Under the pieces are notes generated by a model. It had not been told where the DNA came from. It worked only from the letters and a program-made list of their open reading frames with translations, and made no database searches. 32,000 nt of DNA from NCBI RefSeq assembly GCF_000400465.1, contig NW_008806278.1:30001-62000 (forward strand), in the 5' to 3' direction. Both the position numbers and the translations under genes were made by a program. Below are positions 31,794-32,000 of the stretch, in pieces; positions within the stretch are counted from its first letter, which is position 1; every line of letters starts with the position of its first letter. The stretch is from Wallemia ichthyophaga EXF-994 (taxonomy: Eukaryota; Fungi; Basidiomycota).

Positions 31794-32000
31794 TTACTGC
31801 GATTCCGTTTGAGTCTGTGTATCAGATGGTGCTTTTTTGCTGTGATTGTATTAACAACGTACCAAAGCATCCAAACGACACTCACATATCGCCCTCCAAG
31901 AACTTATCCAATTCATCTTTTGTATGTTCGAAAGGACGTGGCCCAAGCAGATCAATCATGTCTTGTCTCGAAAGCACCTCCTTTATCAACAGCTTCTGTG
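31794..32000 (-). CDS. AFG3: C-terminus of a mitochondrial m-AAA protease (Afg3/Yta10/Yta12, peptidase M41); runs off the right edge
   Basis: [37 protein letters not shown]|[15 protein letters not shown], with intron 31840-31885. The LL.KEV..R.DM..LLG.RPF tail is characteristic; the paralog cannot be resolved from this fragment. Confidence 0.8.

Overview
Gene-dense, intron-rich fungal genomic DNA, not prokaryotic. I can build 21 protein-coding genes, two of them cut by the window edges. Introns are short GT-AG, mostly 41-63 bp, and intergenic gaps go down to 38 bp. The compactness and the basidiomycete-like proteins suggest a Wallemia-like genome; this is inference only. Order: ETF-QO (partial), MRPL16, MRP10, two tandem ZIP transporters, a divergent Pra1/Aspf2-type zincophore, Dnf1/Apt1-type P4 flippase, Bem3-like RhoGAP, DASH subunit Hsk3, Pol iota-like Y-family polymerase, ERG3, FHA tail-anchored Far9/10-SLMAP, GRGGAGN-repeat (Par32-like) protein, CFEM/His-rich GPI protein, sulfotransferase-like P-loop protein, AAAP permease, PITH protein, aldo-keto reductase, Far11/STRIP, an orphan tail-anchored protein, m-AAA protease (partial). 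The standout is a three-gene zinc-scavenging locus at 2387-6543. A secreted zincophore shares a ~245-bp divergent promoter with a ZrfC/Zrt1-type receptor-transporter. That transporter's ectodomain is built from repeated 4-Cys modules, one loaded with His. Next to it is an intronless paralog that has lost exactly the His-bearing segment. A CFEM protein with a 10-His tract is a second candidate metal/heme scavenger. All calls come from manual translation and motif recall; no database searches were run. No rRNA, tRNA, transposon or CRISPR element was recognised.
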